Positions 36,184 to 46,800 of a DNA stretch of 57,238 nucleotides are shown here, one piece after another. This DNA comes from Bradymonadia bacterium. Its GTDB lineage: Bacteria; Myxococcota_A; Bradymonadia; UBA7976; UBA1532. A program made the position numbers and the translations under genes. The stretch's first letter is position 1. Each line of letters begins with the position of its first letter. The notes under the pieces were generated by a model. That model ran no database searches and had not been told where the DNA came from. It worked only from the letters and a program-made list of their open reading frames with translations. Location: NCBI GenBank assembly GCA_046290225.1, contig JBKAGE010000060.1, positions 1 through 57,238 of the forward strand. The letters are read 5' to 3'.

Positions 36184-39100
36184 GTGGACCCGCACCCCTC
36201 ACCGTCACCACGATGCGCCACCCTGGTCTGGGTGTGTGCGCTGGCTGTCTTCGGCCTCACCGGCTGCCCGCCGAGCGGCGATGTGCCCCCCTTCGAGCCG
36301 CCGAGCCCCGACATGGAGCTCCCTGCAGATACGTCGGTCCCTGACGCCGAGCCCATGCGGCCCGAGTGTGTCGATCAAGATGGTGATCGGTACGTGCAGG
36401 CCCTCGACTGCGGAGGCGACTTGCCCGGTGGTGACTGTGCCCCCTTCGACCCGCAGCGGCACCCTGAGCGCCCTGAGCTGTGCGACGACATCGACAACGA
36501 TTGTGATGAGCAAATCGACGAGGACTTCAGCCTCGGCGAGGCCTGTGAAGACGAAGCCCTGGTGGGCGCATGCCGGGCAGGCATTTTCGAGTGCCGTGGC
36601 GGCCAGGCGGTCTGTGAGCCCACCGATCGCAACGGCAGCGATGAGCTGTGCAATGGCATAGACGATGACTGTGACGGCACCATCGACGAGACTTTTCCCA
36701 CTGCCGGCGAGGTCTGCCCCACGGGGTTCCAGGGTGTGTGTGCTGAGGGTACGCATCAATGTCGCATGACGGGCGAGGGCACCTTCGAGGTGGTCTGCGT
36801 GCCCGACGTCGAGCCGGACGATGAGCGCCCCGAGGTGCTGTGCGACAACATCGACGAAGACTGTGATGGCGCCGTCGACGAAGGCAACCCCGAGGGTGGA
36901 GAGGCCTGCCAGAGCGATTTGCCGGGGCTGTGTCTCGAAGGCACGCTGACGTGCAGTGAAGAGGGGGTGGTGTGCCAGCCCGATGTGCAGCCTGGAGAGC
37001 TGCCAGAGCGTTGCAACACCTTCGATGACGACTGTGACGGCACCACCGATGAAGGCTTCGACCTGCTCGGCCAGGCGTGCACGGTGGGGGAGGGGGCCTG
37101 TGTCCGAGAAGGGGTGTACGCCTGCGATCTCGAGGGGCAGGCCGGAGTGATCTGCGACGCCGAGCCTGGGCGGCCGGACGTCGCTGAGCTGTGCAATGGC
37201 GAAGACGATGATTGTGATGGCACCACCGACGAGGGCTTCGACACCCTCGGCGATGCGTGTGAGGTAGGCGTCGGGGCATGTCTGAGATCTGGAGCCCTGG
37301 TCTGCGCCGAAGATGGTTCAGGGACCACGTGTGACGCTGCGCCCGGTGATCCCGTCATCGAACAATGCAACGGCATCGACGACGACTGTGACGGCGCCAT
37401 TGACGAGACCTTCGTCGAGCTGGGCCTCGGTGGCCCGTGTGTCGACGAGTCGGGCCAGTGCCCGTCGCCAGGCACATACGTATGCGCCGACGATGGCAGC
37501 GGGCTGCGATGCGATGCCGAGCCCGTGAGCCCCGTGCCCGAGCTGTGCGATGGTCTGGACAATGACTGCGATGGTGTGGTCGACGACGACTTCCCCGAGC
37601 TGGGGGACGCCTGTGAGGTGGGCGTCGGGGCCTGTACCCGCGCTGGGGTTCGGGTATGCACCGAGGAAGGCTTGGGTACCACCTGCGACGCGCGCCCTGG
37701 TGAGCCCGCTGCCGAGTTGTGCGACGGTATCGACAATGATTGTGATGGTCTGATCGATGATCGGGCAGTGTGCCCTGATCCCCTCACGGTGCGGGTCACC
37801 CTCATGGCCATCGCCGACAGCGATGACGAGCGGTGCGCCGATCTCGGCGCCGGTGGGGCTTTCGACGGGGCGCCCGACAACGCCCTCGGAGCTGTCGCCG
37901 CCCTCTACAATCAATCCCTGGCGCTCTCTGTGGCCAACAGCGATCGAGTCCCGTTGCTCCGCGCCCCTGCGTTGAGTGTGGAGGCGCCGTTCCCGTTGGA
38001 GTTCCTCGAAGGTGAGCTGATCGGCGAGACGATTCAGGTGCGACGAGAGGGGCTGGATCCTCTCGGCGAAGCGGTGGCGCGGATCCCCGAGGTGAGCTTG
38101 CTCGGTCGACGCCTCGCCACCGGTGAGGCTGCGGAGCGCCTCGAAGTGATCAGCCCCTTCGTCTACAGCTTCGAGCCTGCTCTACGACCGTTCAGCACCG
38201 TGCAGATGACAGATGCTGCGCTCAATGGCCCCCTCGTCGAAGGGGGAGAGCTTGCACTGCGGATCGCCGACGCGGCGCTCACCGGCGCCCTCGAGCGTCA
38301 ACAGATCATGGATGATTACATTGCTGCAGAGTCGGCCTGTGCTGAGTTCGAGGCCGAAGCCCGCCCCTCGGGCTGCGCCATCTTCGACCAGGTGACCTCA
38401 GTGCAGCTCGCCGAGGCGCTCGTGGCCGATCTCGATCGAGATGAGGACGGCACTCCGGAGTCGGTGAGCGCGTGCTTCATCGTACAAACAGTGTCAGTGG
38501 CCGAAGACGAGGTGCAGATGCCTCAGCTGGGTGGCCTGCCCTGTGATCGAGATGAGGTCTGCCTCGACGGGCTCATTTGTCGCCCCATCGTGATCACCAC
38601 GGATCCTGAGCTGGGGGCTGCCACAGAGAGACGCTGCGGGCTGCCCGGGATCCTGGGCTTCGAAGAAGGCAACCCCTGCTCCAACGACAATGATTGTCGA
38701 AGCGGCCTGTGTGCGTCGCTGACGCTTGGCGGGTTCCGGTGCGTCGACTTGTGTGCGGGCGATGAAGACTGCGAAGTGGGGGCAGCGTGTCTCGGGGTGC
38801 ATCTGGGTACCCCTGGCGCCATCGGTCTCGGTGGAGCCACTGGGCGGGTCTGTGTGACCTCAGAGGGATCGGCGCTGCCGTGTGACAACGATGACGCCTG
38901 TGCCCCAGGTGAGCGTTGCGCGCTGTGGTTTGAAGGGGAGATCGGCGTCGCCGGTGGCGATGTTTCTCTCGCAGGTCGCTGTCAGACACCAAGCCCTGGA
39001 GATCGCTCTGTGGGCACCCCGTGTGGTGCTGATCGAGAGTGCGCCAACGGTTATGCCTGTGTGGAAGATGGTCAGGGCGGCCGACGCTGCCTCACGCCGT

Positions 39101-41451
39101 GTACGGGCATCGGCCGCTGCCCCGAGGGCAATGTGTGCCTCGAAGGGCAGCCTGTCGCCAGCGTTTCGGCACCCGAGGCTTCATTCGGGTATTGCACGCC
39201 GTTGACCCCAGCCATCGGCAGCGGGGCGACGTGCACCGTCGATCTCGATTGTCCGGGTGGGGAGACGTGTAAAGGCTACTTCCTCGACATCACCGGCCAG
39301 ATTCAGCGCTACTGCGGCACGGGTGAGGGCCTCTTCACTGTGGGGCAGGCCTGTGTCGTCGGTCAGGAGTGCGCGTCCGGGCAGTGTGTGGACGGGCTGT
39401 GCTCTGGTACCTGTGAAGACAACGACGACTGTGGCACCCGCCTCGGCTGTCGTCCTGGCGCCACAGTGGAGCCTGAGACCGGGGTGGAGATCGCCGGGGC
39501 GTGTCTGCCCGCCGATCAAATCTGTGCCCGGGATGCCGACTGCAACTTCGGGGGTGATCCCGCCTGCGCTGGGGGGCGCTGTGTCTGCGACATCGGCCGG
39601 TGCCGTATCGGGTGTCGTTACCCGGGCATCTGCCCCGACGGTCTGCTCTGCCAGCCCGACAACACCTGCGTGCGCTTCTGCAAAGACGATCTCGAAGAGC
39701 CCAACGAGGTCCAGGCCCTGGCCACGGCCCTCGACATCGGCCGTGGACAGACTGCGGTGTTCCAGCGCCGCCGGATGTGCATCACCTCAGGGGTGGACTG
39801 GTACCGGTTCAACAACGGCGGTCAGCCGTTCCGCGTGCTGGTGCGGCCGGAAGACAGCCCTCGGGCTCGGATGGGCCTCGCGGTGGTCAACGCCCTCGGC
39901 GAGTCACTCCCTGGAGCCGTCGAAGAGATCGACGGCACGCTGAGCTACCGCCTCAACGATCCGGTGGCCGCTGAAGCGTTGCTTCAGGAAGAGATCTACC
40001 TCGAGGTCCGGGCAGGTGGCTTCACAGGGGCCTTCGACTACCAGCTCGAGGTGGAGCTGCTGGTCCCAGAGTGCCCTGATGACGAGATCACGCCTCAGGA
40101 TGGCTACTGGCAATACACGCCGCTGCTCCATGGGGTCGACCAGCTCTCGGAGTCAGTGGACAGCTGGCTGTGCCCTCAAGACGAAGACTGGTACGGCATC
40201 CGTCTCTATGGCGGCGACACGCTCACCCTCGATCTCGAAACCCTCGGTGACGGGGTGGGGGTCGCCCTCGAGGTCCATGGCCCCGACTGGCCTGATCTGC
40301 CCGAGGTCAATGTCTTCGACGAGTACGATGACGCTGTGGGCGTCGTGGCGTCTCTCTCTGCTGACGCCGAAGGTGGTCAGCTGGTGATCGAGGCCCCGGA
40401 GCTCACGTGCAACCTCGAGCTGAGCCAGTGCGAAGGTGAGAACGGCACCAGCCCCTTCTCTTGTGAGACGGATGACGATTGTGGCCAGAGCAACATCTTC
40501 ATCCGCGTGGTGGGCGAGAGTCCCATCGGCCAGCGTCAATACCGGCTCTCGGCGAGCGTGCAGCGTCAGGTACCCCCGGAGTGCCCCAAAGATCTGCGCG
40601 AGGTGTCGAACTTCATCGGGGGCATGCCCTCAGTGCGGGCGCTGGCCTCCATCGATCCAGTGGCCCGAACCACGCTGTTGGGGATCCCCACTCTGGACTT
40701 CAACCGCGAGATCGTCCTGAGGCACATGACCTTGTGCTCGGGAGGCGCCGACGTGTTCCCCTTCCTCGCAGAGCCTGGTGATCGGATCACCGCTGAGGTG
40801 ACCCAGTTGGGCCAGCCGCAGGAGATCGCGCTGCAGTTCCTCTCCTTCGACTTCCGACAAGCTGAGCTCGAGGTGTACGACAACACCGTGGCTGCACAGG
40901 AAACGCTCCGGCGCTCGGTGGTGGTCGAACGAGAAGACGTCGTGTTCCACGGGGTGCAGGTCATGCGGGCCGAGGGGCCGGGTGTGCTTCGCTACGAGCT
41001 CTCCATTGAGAGGGAGCCTCCAGGGCAGGTGCCGGACGACGGGTGCAACGCGCCGACGCGGCTGACGTTGTCGGCCCTGACCCAGACTGCCATCGCCGAG
41101 GGCACCACCGCCGGCGCTCGGGATGATGACGTGCCATTGAGCTGTATTGGCGGTGCAGGGCCTGATCGGGCCTTTGTGATCGCTGTGCCCGGCCCAGGCA
41201 CGGTGGAGGCCGTTGTCGAGGCCACTGCAAATGATGGCTATGATCCGTCGGTCTACATTCGTACAGCGTGTGCTGCCCCTGCCTCTGGCGTCGCCTGCAA
41301 CGAGGACGACGAGTCAGCCCCCAACCCTCTGACCCGAGCGCGGGCTGAGGGGCCAGTGCTCGGCGCCGGCGACATCTATGTGATCGTGGACAGCTTCTCT
41401 GCCCAGACCACAGGGGCCTTCCGCCTGACCTTCACCTGGACGCCGCAGTAA
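36184..41451 (+). CDS. 1755-aa Cys-rich lipoprotein: 8 MopE-like repeats, Cys-knot-like repeats, PPC-like domains
   Basis: Lipobox LTGC; eight E.C(D/N)..D.DCD...D(E/D) repeats; many CxxDxxC..G..C units; EPN...DWY and ACNED domains. Confidence 0.9.
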   Translation: MDPHPSPSPRCATLVWVCALAVFGLTGCPPSGDVPPFEPPSPDMELPADTSVPDAEPMRPECVDQDGDRYVQALDCGGDLPGGDCAPFDPQRHPERPELCDDIDNDCDEQIDEDFSLGEACEDEALVGACRAGIFECRGGQAVCEPTDRNGSDELCNGIDDDCDGTIDETFPTAGEVCPTGFQGVCAEGTHQCRMTGEGTFEVVCVPDVEPDDERPEVLCDNIDEDCDGAVDEGNPEGGEACQSDLPGLCLEGTLTCSEEGVVCQPDVQPGELPERCNTFDDDCDGTTDEGFDLLGQACTVGEGACVREGVYACDLEGQAGVICDAEPGRPDVAELCNGEDDDCDGTTDEGFDTLGDACEVGVGACLRSGALVCAEDGSGTTCDAAPGDPVIEQCNGIDDDCDGAIDETFVELGLGGPCVDESGQCPSPGTYVCADDGSGLRCDAEPVSPVPELCDGLDNDCDGVVDDDFPELGDACEVGVGACTRAGVRVCTEEGLGTTCDARPGEPAAELCDGIDNDCDGLIDDRAVCPDPLTVRVTLMAIADSDDERCADLGAGGAFDGAPDNALGAVAALYNQSLALSVANSDRVPLLRAPALSVEAPFPLEFLEGELIGETIQVRREGLDPLGEAVARIPEVSLLGRRLATGEAAERLEVISPFVYSFEPALRPFSTVQMTDAALNGPLVEGGELALRIADAALTGALERQQIMDDYIAAESACAEFEAEARPSGCAIFDQVTSVQLAEALVADLDRDEDGTPESVSACFIVQTVSVAEDEVQMPQLGGLPCDRDEVCLDGLICRPIVITTDPELGAATERRCGLPGILGFEEGNPCSNDNDCRSGLCASLTLGGFRCVDLCAGDEDCEVGAACLGVHLGTPGAIGLGGATGRVCVTSEGSALPCDNDDACAPGERCALWFEGEIGVAGGDVSLAGRCQTPSPGDRSVGTPCGADRECANGYACVEDGQGGRRCLTPCTGIGRCPEGNVCLEGQPVASVSAPEASFGYCTPLTPAIGSGATCTVDLDCPGGETCKGYFLDITGQIQRYCGTGEGLFTVGQACVVGQECASGQCVDGLCSGTCEDNDDCGTRLGCRPGATVEPETGVEIAGACLPADQICARDADCNFGGDPACAGGRCVCDIGRCRIGCRYPGICPDGLLCQPDNTCVRFCKDDLEEPNEVQALATALDIGRGQTAVFQRRRMCITSGVDWYRFNNGGQPFRVLVRPEDSPRARMGLAVVNALGESLPGAVEEIDGTLSYRLNDPVAAEALLQEEIYLEVRAGGFTGAFDYQLEVELLVPECPDDEITPQDGYWQYTPLLHGVDQLSESVDSWLCPQDEDWYGIRLYGGDTLTLDLETLGDGVGVALEVHGPDWPDLPEVNVFDEYDDAVGVVASLSADAEGGQLVIEAPELTCNLELSQCEGENGTSPFSCETDDDCGQSNIFIRVVGESPIGQRQYRLSASVQRQVPPECPKDLREVSNFIGGMPSVRALASIDPVARTTLLGIPTLDFNREIVLRHMTLCSGGADVFPFLAEPGDRITAEVTQLGQPQEIALQFLSFDFRQAELEVYDNTVAAQETLRRSVVVEREDVVFHGVQVMRAEGPGVLRYELSIEREPPGQVPDDGCNAPTRLTLSALTQTAIAEGTTAGARDDDVPLSCIGGAGPDRAFVIAVPGPGTVEAVVEATANDGYDPSVYIRTACAAPASGVACNEDDESAPNPLTRARAEGPVLGAGDIYVIVDSFSAQTTGAFRLTFTWTPQ

Positions 41452-42718
41452 CTTCTGTCAGGGCGTCGCCCACGATCTCGACCGCGCGATGACACTGTGC
41501 CGTGTCGTTGGGCCAGTGTGGTGAGAGCCGCAAGCGGCCATCTGGCAGGGCGCAGCTGAGCCCGCGAGCATCCAGAGCCTTCACCAGCTGTACGCCGTCC
41601 ACCCCCTCTGGAGGCAGCAAGCACAGGTTGCCGCTGCGGCGGGCTCGATCCGGGGCCCTCAGGCTGGCGAAGCCCATGGGGCTCAAGCCCGCCTCCAAGA
41701 CATCGTGGCAGCGCTGCACATGGTCGAAGATGGCCGACACCCCCAGCTGGTTGATGAGGCCCACGGCGCCGTCGAGAGCAGCGAAGAGCACCGCAGCTGC
41801 CGAGCCGCCCTCGAAGAGGTCGACGCTCTGTCGGATCGGTCGGTCGTACTGCAGGTGTCCTGGTCCGTCGAGCAGGAAGCCCAGGGGATTGGTGTGGCTC
41901 AACCAGCCCGCCATCACGGTCTCCAGCTCAGGGAGCCGATCTGGCCGGACGTACAGGTAGCCTGCTCCTTCAGGGCCCATGAGCCACTTGTGCGATCCAC
42001 CGGCGAGGTAGTCCACCCCCCAGCGGCTCAGCTCAAGAGGCACCACACCTGCGCCCTGAATCACATCGACGAAGATCGCCGCGCCGTAGCGATGACACAG
42101 CGCCGTCATGGCCTCCAGGGGCATGCTCAGGCCTGTCTGGAACTGCACCGCGCTCACCGCCACCAGCTTCACGCGTCCGCTGGCGAGGGTGGCTTCGAGC
42201 TGGCCGAGATCTGGCCCCGACGCTTCAGCGAAGGGGTCGAGGCTCAACATGTGAACTTTGAGATCAAAGCGCCCTGCCACCTGCTGCCAGGTGGTCACGT
42301 TGGTGGGGAACTCCCCGTCAAAGACCACGATCTCGTCACCGGGCGTCCATGGCAGGGAGAAAGCGATGGCCTGCACCCCCGCTGTGGTGCCTGAGGTAAG
42401 GGCCAGCGCCTCGGCCTCGGCGCCGAGCAGGGTTGCCAGCTCGGCTTTGAGCCGGCCTCGGGTGGCGAAGGAGGCACCAAAGGCACCAGCACCGTGCGTG
42501 GCGTAATCCTTCAGACCTGCGAGGACGGCAGCTTGCACCACCGATGACGGCGGTGAGATGGCGGCGTGGTTGAAGTAAACGGTTTCACCGAGATCGGCGA
42601 AGAGGCTGCGATCGCCAAAGCGCGCGTCGCCCTCGGGCCGTGGCCAGGGCGGGGATTGAGGGGTAGGCAGGGGCACGTGATCTCCAGAGCGGTCGACTTT
42701 GGCGACATCTTGGATCAC
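41432..42718 (-). CDS. Class V PLP-dependent aminotransferase (cysteine desulfurase-like fold)
   Basis: YFNHAAISP, EFPTN, VDVIQGAG, GSHKWLMGPEG (PLP lysine) and RLSPH. The true start may be a few codons downstream. Confidence 0.9.
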   Translation of the reverse strand: MIQDVAKVDRSGDHVPLPTPQSPPWPRPEGDARFGDRSLFADLGETVYFNHAAISPPSSVVQAAVLAGLKDYATHGAGAFGASFATRGRLKAELATLLGAEAEALALTSGTTAGVQAIAFSLPWTPGDEIVVFDGEFPTNVTTWQQVAGRFDLKVHMLSLDPFAEASGPDLGQLEATLASGRVKLVAVSAVQFQTGLSMPLEAMTALCHRYGAAIFVDVIQGAGVVPLELSRWGVDYLAGGSHKWLMGPEGAGYLYVRPDRLPELETVMAGWLSHTNPLGFLLDGPGHLQYDRPIRQSVDLFEGGSAAAVLFAALDGAVGLINQLGVSAIFDHVQRCHDVLEAGLSPMGFASLRAPDRARRSGNLCLLPPEGVDGVQLVKALDARGLSCALPDGRLRLSPHWPNDTAQCHRAVEIVGDALTEVTAASR

Positions 42719-43657
42719 TCTGCACCCGTGCGTCAGCGATCCTCTCCATCAGCATCCCCGGCGGGGACACAGAAGGGGGCTCAGAAGGCCAGCCACCTCG
42801 CCCTCGGCGTCGCCGTCGTGGCCATCTCTTTTGCTGCCATCTTCTTCAAGCTCGCCGAGCCCACGCCGCCGGCGATCTCTGCCGGCACCCGGCTGGCCTT
42901 TGCGGCGATGATGATGCTGCCCTTCACGGTGCGGGCTGCGTTGCGGGGGCTGCTCCCGGCAATGGTGGTGAAGGCTGGATTGATCTGTGGGGTGTTCTAC
43001 GGTCTGCACTTCGGATCCTGGGTCACCTCTCTCAGCCTCACCAGCGTCGCCGCATCAGTGACGCTGGTGACCGCCACGCCGCTGTTCCTGGCGCTGGTGG
43101 GGTGGTGGACTGGACGAGACGCCCCCAGCGGCCGCACATGGTGGGCCATCGCCATCGCCCTGGTGGGCACCCTCATCATCGGCTGGGCAGATCTCAGCGC
43201 GGATCCCGATGCCCTGGTGGGTGACGCGCTGGCGTTGCTCGGCGCACTGGCCATGGTGGGCTATCTGATTCAGGTGAGGACCCTGGGGCATCATCTCGAA
43301 GCCCAGGGGCGCCCCCCACTGGACGTGCTGGCCTTCGCCGGGCTCACCACCAGCGTCGGGGCTACCTGTCTGTTCCTCGTGGCCGCCCTTGGGCCAGGTG
43401 AGTTGTCCGTCCCTCAAACCAGCGCTCTGGGCTGGCTGCTCCTCGGTGCGCTGGTCCCGCAGCTCGTCGGCCACAACCTGCTTACCTGGGTGCTCAGGCG
43501 GACTGCCCCGACGGTGGTGGGTCTCGCGACAGTGGGCGAGCCTGTGGTTTCCGCTGCCCTGGGCTGGATCTGGCTCGACGAGCCCGTGGCGCTCCTCACG
43601 GGGCTGGGCTGTGGGGTGGTTCTGGCGGGCATCGCTGTGGGCGTCACGAAAGCGTGA
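42710..43657 (+). CDS. DMT/EamA-family transporter
   Basis: About 10 TM helices; SLSLTSVAASVTLV, GDALALLGA, PQLVGH and GEPV motifs. Start uncertain (TTG 42710 or GTG 42728). Confidence 0.88.
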   Translation: MDHSAPVRQRSSPSASPAGTQKGAQKASHLALGVAVVAISFAAIFFKLAEPTPPAISAGTRLAFAAMMMLPFTVRAALRGLLPAMVVKAGLICGVFYGLHFGSWVTSLSLTSVAASVTLVTATPLFLALVGWWTGRDAPSGRTWWAIAIALVGTLIIGWADLSADPDALVGDALALLGALAMVGYLIQVRTLGHHLEAQGRPPLDVLAFAGLTTSVGATCLFLVAALGPGELSVPQTSALGWLLLGALVPQLVGHNLLTWVLRRTAPTVVGLATVGEPVVSAALGWIWLDEPVALLTGLGCGVVLAGIAVGVTKA

Positions 43658-43681
43658 GATTGGCCGTTCGGCCTGCTCGCA

Positions 43682-43703
43682 TTGTTCCGCTGCTTCGTGC
43701 TAA
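43682..43703 (+). promoter_or_regulatory. Upstream motif shared by the two giant lipoprotein genes (copy 1)
   Basis: TTGTTCCgctgcTTCGTGCTAA; 16/22 ungapped match to 49841-49862. Confidence 0.45.
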
Positions 43704-43803
43704 GCAGATGTCCTTATGTCGGCATATGTGCTCTGCCGACTCTGGTGGCCGCTTCGTGCCGACTACGCAGTGTGTTGATTCGGTGCGGGCCAGTTGAAAC
43801 AAC

Positions 43804-46800
43804 ATGGGGAGATCCATGGGTAGGCATTACCTTAGAAGAGCAACGACCGTGCTCTGTCTCACCTCAGCCCTTTTCATCGGCTGTGATGACGATGACAACT
43901 CTGAAGGCACCGGCGGCGGTGGCGCTGGCGGCGTCATGGGCGGCGCCGGTGGCGGTGGCGCTGGTGGCGAAGCTGGCATGGGCGGCGACGGTGGCGGCGG
44001 TGCCGGTGGTGTCGCTGGCATGGGCGGCGCCGGTGGCGAAGCTGGCATGGGCGGCGAAGGCGGCATGGGCGGCGACGGTGGCGGTGGCGCTGGTGGCGCC
44101 GGCGGCATGGGCGGCGACGGTGGCATGGGCGGTATGCCCCCGCCCCCGCCGAACGACTGCGAGGCCTACTGCGACATCATGGAGGCCAACTGCGGTGACG
44201 TGTACGCCGATCGCGACACCTGCCTGAGCACCTGCGCGCTGTTCCCCGACGACGGCGATGTGGGCGACACCGACGGCAACACCCTGCAGTGCCGCATCTA
44301 CCATGGTGGCGCCGCTGAAGAAGACAGCGCCCTGCACTGCCCCCACGCTGCCGCTGAAGGCGGCGGTGTCTGCGGCAGCTACTGCGAAGTCTACTGTGAT
44401 CTCCTCGACGACACCTGCACCGGCGACAACGCACAGTACGCCGATCGCGACAGCTGCCTGAGCGCCTGCGAAGACATCCCCACCGATGGTGATGTCGGCG
44501 CCGTGAGCGGCGACAGCGTGCAGTGCCGCATCTACCACGGCGGTGTGCCTGCCACTGCCGATCCTGCGCTGCACTGCAACCACGCCGGTGAGCTCGGCGA
44601 CGGTGTCTGCGCGCTGCCCCCCACGGATCACGAGGAGCCCGACGCCCTCGAGATGCCCGTGCGGCTCACCTTCGATCGCTTCGGCGTGGCCCAGGGCAAC
44701 TTCGCCCTCGATCCCGAGGGTGACAACGACTACTTCATCTTCACCCTCGAGCAGCCGGTCGACCTGGCCATCGCCATCACCAGCCCCGATGGTGAGTCCG
44801 CCTGTGAGGACGACACCCTCGTGGCCCTGCACCCCTTCGGCGGTGAAGAGGCCCTGGTGACCAACGATGACTTCCCCGGCATCGACGCTGCCTGCTCGTT
44901 CCTCGCCGCTGGCAGCAACCCCGAGATGGTTCGGGTGCCCGCCGGTGACCACGTGGTGCGCGCCTGGTCCCGTGACGGCGCCGTCACCGGGCCTCTGGCC
45001 ATCGTGGTGGCTCAGCTGCCCGCCCTTGAGGACGGCGATCCCTGTGGCGAAGAAGAGGTGGTTCAGGTCTGCCGCTTCGACGCCTACTGCGCCCCCGACG
45101 AAGAGGGGAACCCCGTCTGTACCGCCAACGTCTGTGGCGACGGCGTGATCGCCGGCGAAGAGACCTGCGAGGACGGCAACGAGATCGACGGTGACGGCTG
45201 CGACAGCTGCACCCTGGTGGCCATCGAGACCGGTGCTGCCTGTGACCCCGAGAGCGACATCTACCTCTGCAACGAGGCCGCCTACTGCGGTGAGAACGCC
45301 GAGGCCGGCGAGGGCGATCCCGCCTTCGTGTGCATCGACCACATCTGTGGCGACGAGATCGTCGGCCCTGAGGAGACCTGCGACGACGGCAACGACGTCG
45401 ACGGCGACGGCTGCGAGGCCTGCCAGATCGTAGCGATCCCCGACGGCAACGAGTGCGATCCTCTCAGCAACATCTACCTCTGTGGCCCCAACTCCTTCTG
45501 TGGCCCCCCTGCGCTGCTGCCCGAGAAGGGCGAGGTGATCAACGTCTGTAACCCCCACGTCTGTGGCGACGACATCCTCGGCCCCCTCGAGGAGTGCGAG
45601 GGCGAGCAGGAGCTCTGCCAGGACTGCCAGGTGCAGGTGAACGTGCCCCGTCACGAGGAGCCTGACAGCCGCGAAGAGCCCTACCGACTGGAGTTCAACG
45701 ACGAGCAGCTCGCCGCCGCCGGGTTCCAGCTGAACCCCACCGGCGACGAGGACTGGTTCATCTTCACCCTGCCCGTGCAGGCCAACGTGACCATCCTCAC
45801 CCGCTCCGCCCTCGAGCCCGACGGCTGTGAGGGTGACACCATCCTCGACCTCTACAACCTTGAGGGTGAGGACTCCATCGCCCGCAACGACGACGCGCCC
45901 TTCGGTCGTGACCCCTCGTTCCGCCCCTGCTCGGAGATCAACCCCGACAACAGCAACGGCGTCACCGCTCAGATGGCCCCCGGCGACTACCTGATCCGGG
46001 TGACCCCCTTCGTGGGCTTCGGTGGCCCTCCTGGCCCCGAAGAGCTGAACCTCATCGAGGTGCGCTTCGCCGTCACCGGCATCGACGATGCCTGCGACGA
46101 TCTCAACCCCTGCCCCGAAGAGGGCTACTGCCCCGAGGTGGAAGAGGGTGACGATCCTGCGGTCTGTGTGGCTCACGTCTGTGGCGACGGCATCATCGGC
46201 CTCATGGAAGAGTGCGACGACGGCAACGACGACAACACCGATGGCTGCACCGACGCCTGCGCGATCCAGCCCATCGCCCTCGGCGACGCCTGCGATCCCG
46301 CAGGCTTCCCCTGTGTGGAAGAAGGCTACTGCGGCGAGCCCGCCAACAAGGGCGTCGAGCCCATCAACATCTGCATCCCCCACGTCTGCGGTGACGGCAT
46401 CGTGGGCTTCATGGAGCAGTGCGACGATCAGAACGACAACGAGGACGACGGCTGCAACAGCGAGTGTCAGCTCGTGGCGATCCCCGACGGCGCCCCCTGT
46501 GATCCCGCCGAGGACACCCTCGTCTGTGGCGAGAACAGCTTCTGCGCCGAGCAGCCCGCCGAGGGCGAAGAGGACCCGACCTTCGCTTGCGCCCCCGTGG
46601 TCTGTGGTGACGGCATCATCGCCGGCGCCGAGACCTGCGAGGACGGCAACGACGTCGACGGCGACGGCTGCTCTGCCATGTGCCAGACTGAGGCCGAGCC
46701 CTTCCCGATTCCCGCCCCCGGCGAGAGCTTGGCCTTCCTCGGCGAGCTGAACGAGGAGAGCCCCCTGTGGGGTCGTCCCAGCGCCGCCTGTGGTTTCCCC

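Noticed and set aside
41432..41451. Convergent overlap or abutting stops (also 12410/12411, 25635/25641, 55467/55469)
   Set aside because: Common in compact high-GC genomes; no evidence of a regulatory role.
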